A stretch of DNA of 43,164 bases from Anaerolineales bacterium (GCA_027019065.1 JALUXH010000192.1:1-43164), one strand, 5' to 3'. Positions 31,319 to 40,522 are shown, counted from the first letter of the stretch. Notes: generated from the sequence alone by a model not told the origin. Numbers and translations: made by a program.

Positions 31319-31912
31319 ATGACCTGGCCGCGACCCTCAAATTATAGCATGAGCGCAGCCCAAACCCCCCTTTCGCTGGAAGCCCGCCTTGAAGCCCTGC
31401 TGTTTGCGGCTGCCGAACCTGTGACGGTGCGGCGGCTGGCGCAGGCTTTGGGGGTTTCGCTGGCGGAGGCCGAGGCCGCACTTCGGCGTTTGGAAAGCGC
31501 GCTTCAAAGCCGCGGCATTCGCCTGCAGCACCACCGCGGCCGCTGGCAGCTCACCACGGCGCCCGAAACCGGCGCGCTGGTGGCCGGCTTCCTGGGGCTG
31601 GAAGCCACCCACCGTCTCAGCCGCGCCGCGCTGGAAACGCTGGCCATCATCGCCTATCGCCAGCCCGTGACCCGCCCGCAGGTAGATGCCATTCGCGGCG
31701 TCAGCAGCGATGGCGTGTTGCGCTCGCTGCTGGGCAAGGGGTTGATTGAAGAAGTCGGGCGCAGCGAAGGGCCCGGCCGCCCTATTCTTTACGGCACCAC
31801 AGCACTTTTTTTGGAAACCTTTGGCCTTCCCTCGCTGGAAGCCCTGCCGCCTCTGGAAGACGATGCTGCCCCCCAAACGGCAGAACCTGCTGCCGCTCTG
31901 CTGAAAGACTGA
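31319..31912 (+). CDS. scpB: Segregation and condensation protein B
   Basis: Motifs include LEALLFAAAEPV and ETLAIIAYRQPVTRPQVDAIRGV. The start is ambiguous among GTG 31313, ATG 31319 and ATG 31349. Confidence 0.88.
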   Translation: MTWPRPSNYSMSAAQTPLSLEARLEALLFAAAEPVTVRRLAQALGVSLAEAEAALRRLESALQSRGIRLQHHRGRWQLTTAPETGALVAGFLGLEATHRLSRAALETLAIIAYRQPVTRPQVDAIRGVSSDGVLRSLLGKGLIEEVGRSEGPGRPILYGTTALFLETFGLPSLEALPPLEDDAAPQTAEPAAALLKD

Positions 31913-31956
31913 AGCACCTGATACGGAAACCCTTGCCACCAGGAGCGCTTCCCCTC

Positions 31957-32721
31957 ATGGCCGAAGAACGCCTGCAAAAAATTCTCGCCCGCGCCGGTTT
32001 GGGGTCGCGCCGGGCGTGTGAAGATTTTATCCGCGCCGGCCGCGTGACCGTCAACGGCCGCGTCGCACAATTGGGCGAAAAGGCCGACCCCGGCCGCGAC
32101 GACATCCGCTTAGACGGCCAGCATGTGCAGCCGGCCGAAGAAAAGGTGTACATCGCCCTTTACAAGCCCCGCTTTGTGCTTTCTGCCACCGAGAGCGCCG
32201 ATGGCCGCAAAACCGTGCGCGACCTGGTGGCCGTACCGCAGCGCGTTTTCCCTGTGGGCAGGCTGGATCTGGAAAGTGAGGGGCTGATGCTGCTGACCAA
32301 CGACGGTGAACTCGCCAACCGCCTTACCCACCCGCGCTACGGCCACGAAAAGGAATACCGCGTGCTGGTGGCGCGCCGCCCCGATGCCCGGCAACTGGAA
32401 GCCCTGCGCCGCGGTGTGGTGCTGGAAGACGGCACCCGCACTCGCCCCGCCGATGTGCGGGTGGAACGTTTCCACGGCAAGGGAGCATGGCTGCGTTTTG
32501 TGCTCACGGAAGGTAAAAAGCGCCAGATTCGCGAAATGTGCCGCCTGGTGGGGCTGCCGATCGTGCGGCTGGTGCGCGTGCGCATCGGCACGCTGCGTTT
32601 GGGCGGGTTGAAGCCCGGTGAGTGGCGGCACCTCACGGCGGAAGAGCTGGAAGCCTTGCGGCGCGGGGTTTCCCCGCAGAAAACACAGCGCCGCAAAAAT
32701 AAACGCCCGCACCGTTCATAA
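31957..32721 (+). CDS. rluB: Pseudouridine synthase, RsuA/RluB family (S4 domain + catalytic domain)
   Basis: ATG 31957 follows AGGAG. The S4 motif is RLQKILARAGLGSRRACEDFI and the catalytic motif is GRLDLESEGLMLLTNDG. It has a basic C-terminal tail. Confidence 0.88.
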   Translation: MAEERLQKILARAGLGSRRACEDFIRAGRVTVNGRVAQLGEKADPGRDDIRLDGQHVQPAEEKVYIALYKPRFVLSATESADGRKTVRDLVAVPQRVFPVGRLDLESEGLMLLTNDGELANRLTHPRYGHEKEYRVLVARRPDARQLEALRRGVVLEDGTRTRPADVRVERFHGKGAWLRFVLTEGKKRQIREMCRLVGLPIVRLVRVRIGTLRLGGLKPGEWRHLTAEELEALRRGVSPQKTQRRKNKRPHRS

Positions 32722-32771
32722 CGGCACCGCCCCTGTTTGCACATAACTGTTCTGTTTCTGTGAGGCCGCCT

Positions 32772-35700
32772 ATGTCTGAGAAAACTTCTCCTGCTGCCGA
32801 AACCACCTCCTGGCTTGACCGCCCGCTGGAGGCGCTTCTGTCCGTGCGGGTGGAAGTGCTGGTCTTTGCCCTCATCGTGCTGCTGGCTGCCTTTGCCCGC
32901 TTTTACCACCTCGGCGACCGCGTGATGAGCCACGATGAAAGCCTGCACACCTACTTCTCGTGGCAGCTCTACAAGGGCAACGGCTATCAGCACAACCCCA
33001 TGATGCACGGGCCCTTGCAATTTCACCTGATTGCGCTCTCTTTCTTCCTTTTTGGCGACAACGACTTCACCGCCCGCCTGCCTCACGCCTTCGCCGCGGT
33101 GCTTGCCATTGCCATGCTGTGGGGCTGGCGGCGCTACCTCGGGCGCAAGGGGACGCTGATTGCTGCCGTGCTGATGCTGATTTCCCCCTACATGCTCTAT
33201 TACGGCCGCTATGCCCGCAACGAAGCGCTGATCATGCCCCTGGCGCTGCTCACTTTGTGGGCGACCCTGCGTTATCTGGAAACCGGAGCGACGCGCTACC
33301 TCACATGGTTGACCGCGGCCACCGCTCTGCATTTTGTGGCCAAAGAAACGGCTTTCATCTACACTGCTCAGATGCTGCTTTTCCTCGGCTTGCTGCTGCT
33401 GGACCGTCTGAGTACGGCCCGCTGGCCGCGGCCGCATGAGCGCACGAATTTCTATGCTGCGCTGCTGGTGGCAGCGGCCGCGCTGGTGTTTGCCATTGTT
33501 GCCGGAGCGGCTTTGCAGCACGGCGCGCCGACGGCAGCGGGCGCGCCGGCGCCGGGTTTGGGGCACACTTTGCTGGGCAGCCCCCTCGGCAAACTTTTCC
33601 TGCTCATTGCAGCAGCGGCCCTGCTGGCTTCTGTGGCTTTTCTACTGCGCGGCTATGGCTGGCAGGCCCTTTTGCGGGAACGCGCTTTCGTCCTCATGGT
33701 GCTCTTGCTGACCCTCGTGCTGCCTCAACTTGCCCCGCTGCCGATGGCGGCTTTCCATTGGGATGCGCTGGACTATTCCCCCGCCGGCATTTTCCATTCG
33801 GCCCTGTTCGTGGTGCCGCTGTTTGTCTTTGCCGTGCTTTTGGGCGCCGCCTGGGACCTCAAAACCTGGCTGCTGGAGGCCGGGCTGTTTTACGCCATTT
33901 TTGCCGTTTTTCAAACCACGGTGTTCACCAACGGCAGCGGCTTTTTCAGCGGGCTGGTGGGGGCGTTGGGCTACTGGCTGCAGCAACAAGGCGTGCATCG
34001 CGGTGGGCAGCCGTGGTACTACTACCTTTTGATTCAGGTGCCGATTTACGAATATCTGCCCGCGCTGGGAAGCATCGGTGCGGTGGTGTGGTGGTTCCGC
34101 CACCGGAAAGCGCCTCACGCTGAGCCCGAGGCGCACGATGCCGCCTCCCCCGTGGAAACCGCCTCCCGAGCGCCCGTTTTCGCCCTGCTTGCCTTTTGGA
34201 GCCTTACCGCCCTGCTCGCCTACACCGTGGCGGGCGAAAAAATGCCCTGGCTGACCGTGCACATCACCCTGCCGATGATTTTGCTCAGCGGCTGGTTCCT
34301 CGGCCGCCTGGCCGACCAGACCGACTGGCGCGATTTCACCGCCCGTCACGGCTGGGTGCTCGTGGGGCTGGCGGTGATGTTTATCCTTGCGATTGCCCAG
34401 GCCGTCGGCGCGTGGCTGGGGGTGCAGCGCCCCTTCCAGGGTTCGGCATTGCCCCAACTGGAGGTTACGGCCAACTTCCTGGTCGGGCTGGTGGTTGCCG
34501 CGGCCAGCGGCGTTGCCATGACCTTCCTGAGCGCCCGCTGGCGCACCGCCGACCTTGTGCGCCTTTTCACCCTTACCTTTTTTGCCTTCCTCGGCGTGCT
34601 CACCCTGCACACCGCCGTCCAGGCTGCTTACTATAACTATGACCAGGCCAACGAATATCTGGTTTACGCCCACTCGGCACGGGGCGTGAAAACCGTGATG
34701 GCGCAGGTGCGGGAAATTTCCGAGCGCACCACCGATGGCCTGGGCATTGAAGTGGCTTACGACGACGCCATTGCCTGGCCTTTCACCTGGTATTTGCGCA
34801 ACTATCCCAACCAGAAATTTTATGGCAACCGGCCTACCGGCGACTTGCGGAGCGCCCCTATCGTGCTCGTCGGCGCAGCCAATTACGGCAAAGTTGAATC
34901 TATTGTTGGCCGCACTTACGATGAATTTGATTACATTCGCATGGTGTGGCCGAATCAGGATTACTTCAACCTCACCTGGAAACGCATTGCGCACGCTCTG
35001 AGCGACCCTGCCATGCGGGCTGCGCTTTTCCAGATCTGGCTGAACCGCGACTTCACCCTGTACTTCCGCTTGCAGCGCGGCGTGGCCGATAACCCTGCCG
35101 AAGCCGCCAAAGTCAACATGGCCAACATTCTGGCCGACTGGCAGCCTTCCGACCGGATGCGGATGTACATTCGCAAGGACATTGTGGCGAAAATCTGGAA
35201 TTATGGCGCTGCGCCCGCGGCGCAGGCCGAGGCCGACCCTTATGCCAAAAAGCAGGTAACGCTGGCTGCCGACAAAGTGCTGGGCAGCGAAGGCACGGCG
35301 GCGGGGCAGTTTCAGGGGCCGCGCGGCCTTGCCGTCGCCCCCGATGGCACGCTTTACATTGCCGATACCCGCAACCACCGCATTCAGCATCTTTTGCCCG
35401 ACGGCAAGGTGCTGAACGTGTGGGGGCGTTTTGGCAATATCGCCAACGGGCAGGAAGCCGCCCCTGCGGGCACTTTCAACGAGCCGTGGGACGTGGCAGT
35501 GGGGCCGGACGGCAGTGTGTATGTTGCCGACACCTGGAACCACCGCATTCAGAAATTTACTGCCGACGGCAAGTTCCTCGCGATGTGGGGGCACCCCGGC
35601 AACGACGGCAACCTGCTTTCGTTGTGGGGGCCGCGCGCCATCGCCGTGGATTCCCAGGGGCGGGTGTTCGTGACCGATACCGGCAACAAGCGCATCGTGG

Positions 35701-36173
35701 TTTATGATGCCGACGGCAAGCCGCTGGCGCAGTTCGGTTCGGAGGGAGCGGCGGAAGGACAGTTCAGCGAGCCGGTCGGGCTGGCGTTTGACGGCGCAGA
35801 TAACCTTTATGTTGCCGATACCTGGAACCAGCGGGTGCAGGTTTTTACCGTGGGGAAGGATTTGACCTTCACGCCGTTGCGCCGGTGGGCAATTTTTGGC
35901 TGGTTCGGCCAGTCGTTGAACAATAAGCCCTATCTTGCAGTGGATGCGCTGGGGCATGTTTTTGTCGGCGATCCGGAAGCCTACCGCGTGCTGGAATTTG
36001 ACGCCGACGGCAAACTGGTGCGCTGGTGGGGGCAGTGGGGGCAGCCGCCTCAGGGGATGGGGCTGGTCGGCGGGCTGGCCGTGGATGGCCGCGGCGGGTT
36101 GTGGGTGGCCGATGCCGACCACGGTCAGATCCTGCACTTCACGCCTTCGGCAGGCGCGCCCGCTTCACCGTGA
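32772..36173 (+). CDS. Polytopic GT-C-type (family 39/83-like, TIGR03663-like) membrane glycosyltransferase fused to a six-bladed NHL-repeat beta-propeller
   Basis: About 1133 aa. The N-terminal approximately 560 aa contain many TM helices, with an early MSHDESLH loop motif. From about nt 35280 there are six NHL-type blades (YIADTRNHRIQ, YVADTWNHRIQKF, FVTDTGNKRIVVY, YVADTWNQRVQVF, FVGDPEAYRVLEF, WVADADHGQILHF). Confidence 0.8.
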   Translation: MSEKTSPAAETTSWLDRPLEALLSVRVEVLVFALIVLLAAFARFYHLGDRVMSHDESLHTYFSWQLYKGNGYQHNPMMHGPLQFHLIALSFFLFGDNDFTARLPHAFAAVLAIAMLWGWRRYLGRKGTLIAAVLMLISPYMLYYGRYARNEALIMPLALLTLWATLRYLETGATRYLTWLTAATALHFVAKETAFIYTAQMLLFLGLLLLDRLSTARWPRPHERTNFYAALLVAAAALVFAIVAGAALQHGAPTAAGAPAPGLGHTLLGSPLGKLFLLIAAAALLASVAFLLRGYGWQALLRERAFVLMVLLLTLVLPQLAPLPMAAFHWDALDYSPAGIFHSALFVVPLFVFAVLLGAAWDLKTWLLEAGLFYAIFAVFQTTVFTNGSGFFSGLVGALGYWLQQQGVHRGGQPWYYYLLIQVPIYEYLPALGSIGAVVWWFRHRKAPHAEPEAHDAASPVETASRAPVFALLAFWSLTALLAYTVAGEKMPWLTVHITLPMILLSGWFLGRLADQTDWRDFTARHGWVLVGLAVMFILAIAQAVGAWLGVQRPFQGSALPQLEVTANFLVGLVVAAASGVAMTFLSARWRTADLVRLFTLTFFAFLGVLTLHTAVQAAYYNYDQANEYLVYAHSARGVKTVMAQVREISERTTDGLGIEVAYDDAIAWPFTWYLRNYPNQKFYGNRPTGDLRSAPIVLVGAANYGKVESIVGRTYDEFDYIRMVWPNQDYFNLTWKRIAHALSDPAMRAALFQIWLNRDFTLYFRLQRGVADNPAEAAKVNMANILADWQPSDRMRMYIRKDIVAKIWNYGAAPAAQAEADPYAKKQVTLAADKVLGSEGTAAGQFQGPRGLAVAPDGTLYIADTRNHRIQHLLPDGKVLNVWGRFGNIANGQEAAPAGTFNEPWDVAVGPDGSVYVADTWNHRIQKFTADGKFLAMWGHPGNDGNLLSLWGPRAIAVDSQGRVFVTDTGNKRIVVYDADGKPLAQFGSEGAAEGQFSEPVGLAFDGADNLYVADTWNQRVQVFTVGKDLTFTPLRRWAIFGWFGQSLNNKPYLAVDALGHVFVGDPEAYRVLEFDADGKLVRWWGQWGQPPQGMGLVGGLAVDGRGGLWVADADHGQILHFTPSAGAPASP

Positions 36174-37462
36174 ACGGCGCGGTTTTCCCTTGCACGCGGC
36201 GGGGGGTGGGGTTCCTGGCAGCGCTCGTTCTCGTCTGGCTGGGATGGGCGCTGGCGACCGCGCCCGCCGTGCCCTTTCACCCCGATGAAAGCACCTATCT
36301 CTACATGAGCGCCGACGGCGCAGCGCTGCTGCATGCCCCTCTTGGCCTCGCTTACCACGATGCCCCGGGCAACCTGCGGCAGCATTACCGCCTGGTGAAC
36401 GCGCCGTTAACGCGCTACCTGGTGGCCTTCGGGCTGGCTTTGCGCGGCCAGCCCCCTTTGCGCACCGACTGGGACTGGTCGGCCAACTGGCAGGTGAATG
36501 CCGACCGCGGCGCGGTGCCTTCGCGCGGCCAACTCACCGCTGCGCGCCGCGTGATGGTGCTTTGCACCGCCCTGGCGGGGCTGCTGCTTGCGCTTACGGC
36601 TTGCCGCCTGGCAGGCGTTGCGGGCGGCGCATTGACGCTCGCTCTTTTTTTGCTCAACCCGCTGGTGTTGCTGCACGGCCGCCGGGCAATGATGGAAGCC
36701 CCCATGTTGCTGGGCATGGCGTGGCTGCTGTGGGAAATCAGCGCGCCGCGCCCGCGGGCATGGCGCGTGGGCCTGGCGCTGGCGTGGGCTGTGTGGGCGA
36801 AATATTGGGCAGTGGCGCTGGTGCCGGCGGCCTTGTGGGCCCTTTGGCGGGCGCCTGCGCCCGACCGCCGCACGCGCTTGCGCCGCCTCGCCTGGGGAGC
36901 ATTGCTGCCGCTTGCCGCGGGCTTTGTGTTGCAGCCGGTGCTCTGGAAACAGCCCTGGCGGGTGCTCCCCCGCATGGCTACTGAACGGCTGGAAGTTACC
37001 CGCGGGCAGCAGGCGGCGTTTCGGGCGGTGCTGCCTGCTTACGTTCCCGATTCCCCGCCGCAGCGCCTGGCTTTGCTGCTCGGCCATCTTTACCTCGCCC
37101 CGCCCGCTTACCTTGACCTGGGTAAATACCGCGCTGCCTTGAGCCGCGAAATTTCGGCCTACGATGCCCCTTTCTGGGCGCACTGGACAAACCCGCTGCC
37201 CGCGGCCGTAGCGCGGCTGGTGCTCATGTTCCTGGGGCTGGCGGCCATGCTTTTCTGGACGCGGCAAAGCACGCTGCGCGGCCACGCAGCCCGGCAGGTG
37301 CTGCTGGCGGCGGCTTTCCAGTGGGGCTTGCTGCTGCTCACCCTGCCGCTGGCTTTTCAGCGTTATGCCCTCGCCGTGCTGCCGTGGACCACCCTCTGGG
37401 AGGCCATGGGGCCGATTGCTCTCTGGAATGCCGCTTCCCGCTTGTGGAATTCCGGAGGATGA
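36170..37462 (+). CDS. Second GT-C-type (ArnT/PMT-like) membrane glycosyltransferase
   Basis: The GTG start overlaps the upstream stop (GTGA). The protein has multiple TM helices and a first-loop HPDESTYLYM (DE) motif typical of GT-C enzymes. The start is uncertain. Confidence 0.7.
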   Translation: MNGAVFPCTRRGVGFLAALVLVWLGWALATAPAVPFHPDESTYLYMSADGAALLHAPLGLAYHDAPGNLRQHYRLVNAPLTRYLVAFGLALRGQPPLRTDWDWSANWQVNADRGAVPSRGQLTAARRVMVLCTALAGLLLALTACRLAGVAGGALTLALFLLNPLVLLHGRRAMMEAPMLLGMAWLLWEISAPRPRAWRVGLALAWAVWAKYWAVALVPAALWALWRAPAPDRRTRLRRLAWGALLPLAAGFVLQPVLWKQPWRVLPRMATERLEVTRGQQAAFRAVLPAYVPDSPPQRLALLLGHLYLAPPAYLDLGKYRAALSREISAYDAPFWAHWTNPLPAAVARLVLMFLGLAAMLFWTRQSTLRGHAARQVLLAAAFQWGLLLLTLPLAFQRYALAVLPWTTLWEAMGPIALWNAASRLWNSGG

Positions 37463-37463
37463 G

Positions 37464-37469
37464 TATAAT
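37464..37469 (+). promoter_or_regulatory. -10 box (TATAAT) placed 6 nt before the ATG of the HTH regulator: leaderless-mRNA geometry
   Basis: A perfect TATAAT lies immediately after the upstream stop codon. The ATG is at 37476 and no SD sequence lies between them. Confidence 0.4.
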
Positions 37470-37475
37470 AAGTTT

Positions 37476-38090
37476 ATGGAAAACGCCCCGACCACCCGCG
37501 AGCAAATTCTGGCGTATCTTGGAAGCCACAGCATGGCATCGGCCGGCGAAATGGCCGCCGCACTGGGGGTGACGGCAGCGAACATTCGCCACCACCTGGG
37601 GCTGCTGGAAGCCCGGGGGCTGGTTGCTGTGGCAGAAACGCAACATCTGGCGCGGCGGGGACGGCCGGCCAAGCGGTATCGCCTGACGGCGGCGGCGCAG
37701 CAGCCTTACCTTGAGCCGCTGACCCGGGCGCTGCTGGAAACGCTGCGAGGGCGGGGAGAGGCGGCCGAAACGCTGCTTTGCGATGCCTTGTGCGGCCGCC
37801 AGCCGCCCGATGCGACGCGTTCCCTGCGCGAGCGGCTGCAACACGCCATGCGTCGGCTGGCAGAACTGCATTTCGAGCCGCGCTGGGAAGCCCACCGCCA
37901 CGGGCCGCGGGTGATTTTCCACCGCTGCCCTTACGCCACGCTGGTGGAAGATTACCCCGAACTTTGCCGCCTTGATGCCTTGCTGTTGGAGCGTTTGTTG
38001 GGGGTGCCCGTTGCGCGTCAGGGGGATGACCATGCCGTGCCGTGCGAATTTCATGTGGCTTCGGGCGGCACGCCTGCCGCTTCTGATTGA
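37476..38090 (+). CDS. Winged-helix (ArsR-like) transcriptional regulator with Cys-containing C-terminal domain
   Basis: 204-aa protein with the N-terminal wHTH REQILAYLGSHSMASAGEMAAALGVTAANIRHHLGLLEARGLV. The C-terminal part carries several Cys/His residues (CDALC, HRCPY, PCEFH). Confidence 0.7.
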   Translation: MENAPTTREQILAYLGSHSMASAGEMAAALGVTAANIRHHLGLLEARGLVAVAETQHLARRGRPAKRYRLTAAAQQPYLEPLTRALLETLRGRGEAAETLLCDALCGRQPPDATRSLRERLQHAMRRLAELHFEPRWEAHRHGPRVIFHRCPYATLVEDYPELCRLDALLLERLLGVPVARQGDDHAVPCEFHVASGGTPAASD

Positions 38091-38106
38091 CCCCCCGGCT
38101 GAATGG

Positions 38107-38796
38107 TTATGCGTGGGCAGCATAAAACGCGCCGAGCGCTTTTTTGCAGCGCGCGCCTACTTTGTGCGCAACATCATCGGTGCAGAATTGCACCTGCGCA
38201 CCGGCGCGGGTCAGCACTTCGGCGGCATGCCGGGCGTGGTGGAGGGGAACGATGGTGTCGCGCAGGCCGTGGGCGATGAAAACCGGCGTGCCTTCCAGCG
38301 GCTTCCGGGCAGCCCATGTTTCTGCGCCGTGCGGCAGGAACCCTGCCAGCAGGGCGAGGGTTGCCACTTCGGCCGGGCGTTCCAGCGCGTAAGCGCCTGC
38401 AGTGGAAGCCCCCTGGCTGAAGCCCATCCAGTGCTGCTGCTCCCAGCGGGCGCGGGGGAACATGCCGCGGAGGGCGACCAGCCAGGCTGCCAGCAGCGCC
38501 GTGGCAGGCCGATAGCGGGAAAAATCGGGGGGATGGTCCTCGGGGGCGGCATTCACCCAGCTGTAACCGCCGCGCGGCGAGTGGGCAGGCCAGGGGGCGC
38601 GCGGCGCTATCACCAGCACATCCGGCGGGAAGAGTTCGGCAAAGGGCGACATGAAGGTTTCGTCGCCTGTCCAGCCGTGGAGCAGCACGGCCACGGCGCG
38701 GGCGGGCTTCCCCGCGGCGGGCCGGCGGATGCGCGCGGCGCTGCCTTCCAGCGGCCGGGTTTCCCAGCGGGCGGGGTCAGTCGGCGATGACGACAT
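38107..38796 (-). CDS. Alpha/beta-hydrolase, phospholipase/carboxylesterase family
   Basis: 229-aa ORF with LLHGWTGDE, the nucleophile elbow GFSQGAS and a late HG..D..V motif. It overlaps the patatin gene end by 20 nt. Confidence 0.8.
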   Translation of the reverse strand: MSSSPTDPARWETRPLEGSAARIRRPAAGKPARAVAVLLHGWTGDETFMSPFAELFPPDVLVIAPRAPWPAHSPRGGYSWVNAAPEDHPPDFSRYRPATALLAAWLVALRGMFPRARWEQQHWMGFSQGASTAGAYALERPAEVATLALLAGFLPHGAETWAARKPLEGTPVFIAHGLRDTIVPLHHARHAAEVLTRAGAQVQFCTDDVAHKVGARCKKALGAFYAAHA

Positions 38797-39688
38797 GGTG
38801 CATTTCCGGTTGGGGCGGGCGGGGGCGGAAAAGACGCCGCCGCCATGAGAACAGGTCTTCCAGGTGGGGCAGGGTGGCGCGGGCGGCCTCTTCGCCGGCC
38901 CGGATGATGGGCCCGGGGTCGTCGGGGGAAGCCAGAATGTCCACGTGGTCTACCGGCGGGTTGATGATGATTTCCGGACGGTCGGTTTGCAGGCGCAGCA
39001 GGATGTGGTAGCCCAGGGAGACTTCCGCTGCCCGAATGAAGGTGTTGACGGCCTGGGTGTAGCGCAGGCGGGCGACGATGTGCTGGAAGCGTTTCAGGCG
39101 AAGGGGCAGGGGAAGGTCTTGAAAGCATGGGACCGGCTGGGGCATGATGCCGAGGGTAATGGCCACGACGGGCGGGCCGGGCGCCAGCAGCCGCGCCAGC
39201 CGCACCGGCACGTTATCGGCCATGCCGCCATCCACCAGCAGCCAGTTTTCCCATTTTACCGGCGGGAAAAGCCCCGGAATGGCGCTGGAAGCCAGAGCGG
39301 CTTCAACGACCGGGCCGCGCCGCAGGAAGACGGTGGCCCCGCTGAGAATATCTACCGCTACGCTGCCGAAAGGGCGCGGCAGGTCGGCAAAAGTGCGTTC
39401 GCCCAGCGCCTGCCGGAGCACTTTTTCTACGCCTTGCAGGCCGAGGATGGAAGGCCGGTCGCCGCTGCGGCGGTCAAAAACGTGCCGCGGGTCTACCGAT
39501 TGCAGCAGGGCGGCGATTTCGTCGGGGGTATAGCCGGCGGCATACAGCGAGCCGACCAGCGCCCCGGCGCTGGTGCCGCTGACGCCGGCAATTTCGTACC
39601 CTGCGGCTTCTAGCACTTTGATCACGCCGAGATGGGCGTAGCCTTTGGTGCCTCCGCCGCCGAGGGCCAGTACGATGCGTCGTTTCAT
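38777..39688 (-). CDS. Patatin-like phospholipase
   Basis: 303-aa ORF with the GGGGTKG oxyanion motif, the GTSAG serine lipase motif and VDGGMADNVP (the DGG catalytic Asp). Confidence 0.9.
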   Translation of the reverse strand: MKRRIVLALGGGGTKGYAHLGVIKVLEAAGYEIAGVSGTSAGALVGSLYAAGYTPDEIAALLQSVDPRHVFDRRSGDRPSILGLQGVEKVLRQALGERTFADLPRPFGSVAVDILSGATVFLRRGPVVEAALASSAIPGLFPPVKWENWLLVDGGMADNVPVRLARLLAPGPPVVAITLGIMPQPVPCFQDLPLPLRLKRFQHIVARLRYTQAVNTFIRAAEVSLGYHILLRLQTDRPEIIINPPVDHVDILASPDDPGPIIRAGEEAARATLPHLEDLFSWRRRLFRPRPPQPEMHHVVIAD

Positions 39689-40323
39689 GGGGTTTCCTCT
39701 TGGGGTGGGGGAGGCGAGGCGGCCATGCCGTGCCAGAGGGTTTCTACGGCCCAGCGTGCGGCCGCATGGGCCAGGGCTTCGGGGTCGGCCACGTTTTCCT
39801 GGCTGTGCAGAATGCCGTGCAGCAAGCCGAACAGCAGGCCGCTCAGGTGGGCTTCCAGCGGCGGAGGGCGCAGCACGCCGCTTTGAACGGCTTCCTGCAG
39901 CACTTCTTCAAAAGGCTGGCTGATGGCGAAGGCGACGTCGCGAAGCGGTTTGCGGTGTTTGTGGACGGTGGTTTGCGCCATGGCAAGCAGATCGCGCCGC
40001 AGGGCAAAAATGGAAGCCCGGTGTTGCAGAACCCATGCGGCGTAAACGTCGGCCATGGCCGTGAGGCGGGCCTGAGGGGAAGGGCCGGCTTGTTCCCCGG
40101 CTGCCTGCAACGCGGCGAGCAGCCGGGTGAGGTGCTGCCGCAGCACTTCCCGAAAGAGGGCTTCTTTGCTGGGGAAGTAGTAATAAAGGGCTGCATTGGT
40201 GACGCCGCAGGCCTGGGCAATGTCGCGAATGGATACGGCGCGATAGCCGTGCTTGAGAAAAAGCCCTTCGGCCGTTTCCAGAATGCGGGCTTTGCCTACC
40301 GGTGGGTGCGAAGACTGGCTCAT
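39685..40323 (-). CDS. TetR-family transcriptional regulator
   Basis: The ATG at 40323 gives a 212-aa protein with the N-terminal HTH ARILETAEGLFLKHGYRAVSIRDIAQACGVTNAALYYYFPSKEALF. It has a 4-nt overlap with the patatin start. Confidence 0.88.
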   Translation of the reverse strand: MSQSSHPPVGKARILETAEGLFLKHGYRAVSIRDIAQACGVTNAALYYYFPSKEALFREVLRQHLTRLLAALQAAGEQAGPSPQARLTAMADVYAAWVLQHRASIFALRRDLLAMAQTTVHKHRKPLRDVAFAISQPFEEVLQEAVQSGVLRPPPLEAHLSGLLFGLLHGILHSQENVADPEALAHAAARWAVETLWHGMAASPPPPQEETP

Positions 40324-40470
40324 AAACACCTGGTTTGAGGAAGTTACCGGACGGTTGGTAAGGACAGGTTTACTATACCCGCCTCGCGGCGTGGCGTCAA
40401 GTGAGGTTTTCTCGCTTTGGGGAAGTTCGCGGGGCGCGGGTTTCCCGAGGCCGAATCGCGGGGCTTGAGG

Positions 40471-40476
40471 TATAAT
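40471..40476 (+). promoter_or_regulatory. Candidate -10 box (TATAAT) for the B12-binding mutase subunit/meaB operon
   Basis: A perfect TATAAT lies 47 nt upstream of ATG 40523. No clear -35 element. Confidence 0.3.
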
Positions 40477-40522
40477 GAAAGCGCCCGAAAGGATGATAAT
40501 TCCCTTTGCAAGGAGCCTAACC

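Noticed and set aside
33642-36137. 831-aa minus-strand ORF antisense to the GT-C/NHL gene. Similar cases are 22044-23477 (antisense GH13), 3262-4761 (antisense MFS), 18940-20040 (antisense M23), 36407-37672 and 1439-2743.
   Set aside because: All overlap genes with clear domain signatures on the other strand. All have Arg/Gly/Pro/His-rich compositions typical of non-coding frames in high-GC DNA.
38777-39688. Patatin-like phospholipase as a CBASS-type or other defence effector
   Set aside because: No cyclase, nucleotidyltransferase, sensor or other defence genes are adjacent. It is embedded in a TetR-esterase operon, which suggests lipid metabolism.
40344-40361. TTACC-N8-GGTAA dyad as a TetR operator
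   Set aside because: Only 5 bp per half-site, with poor flanking symmetry. This is too weak to call without binding data or conservation.
40324-40522. Cobalamin riboswitch upstream of the B12-binding mutase subunit
   Set aside because: I could not find a B12-box-like core (GCCACTG-type) or the characteristic multi-stem arrangement. The region is better explained as a divergent promoter region. An Rfam or Infernal scan would settle it.
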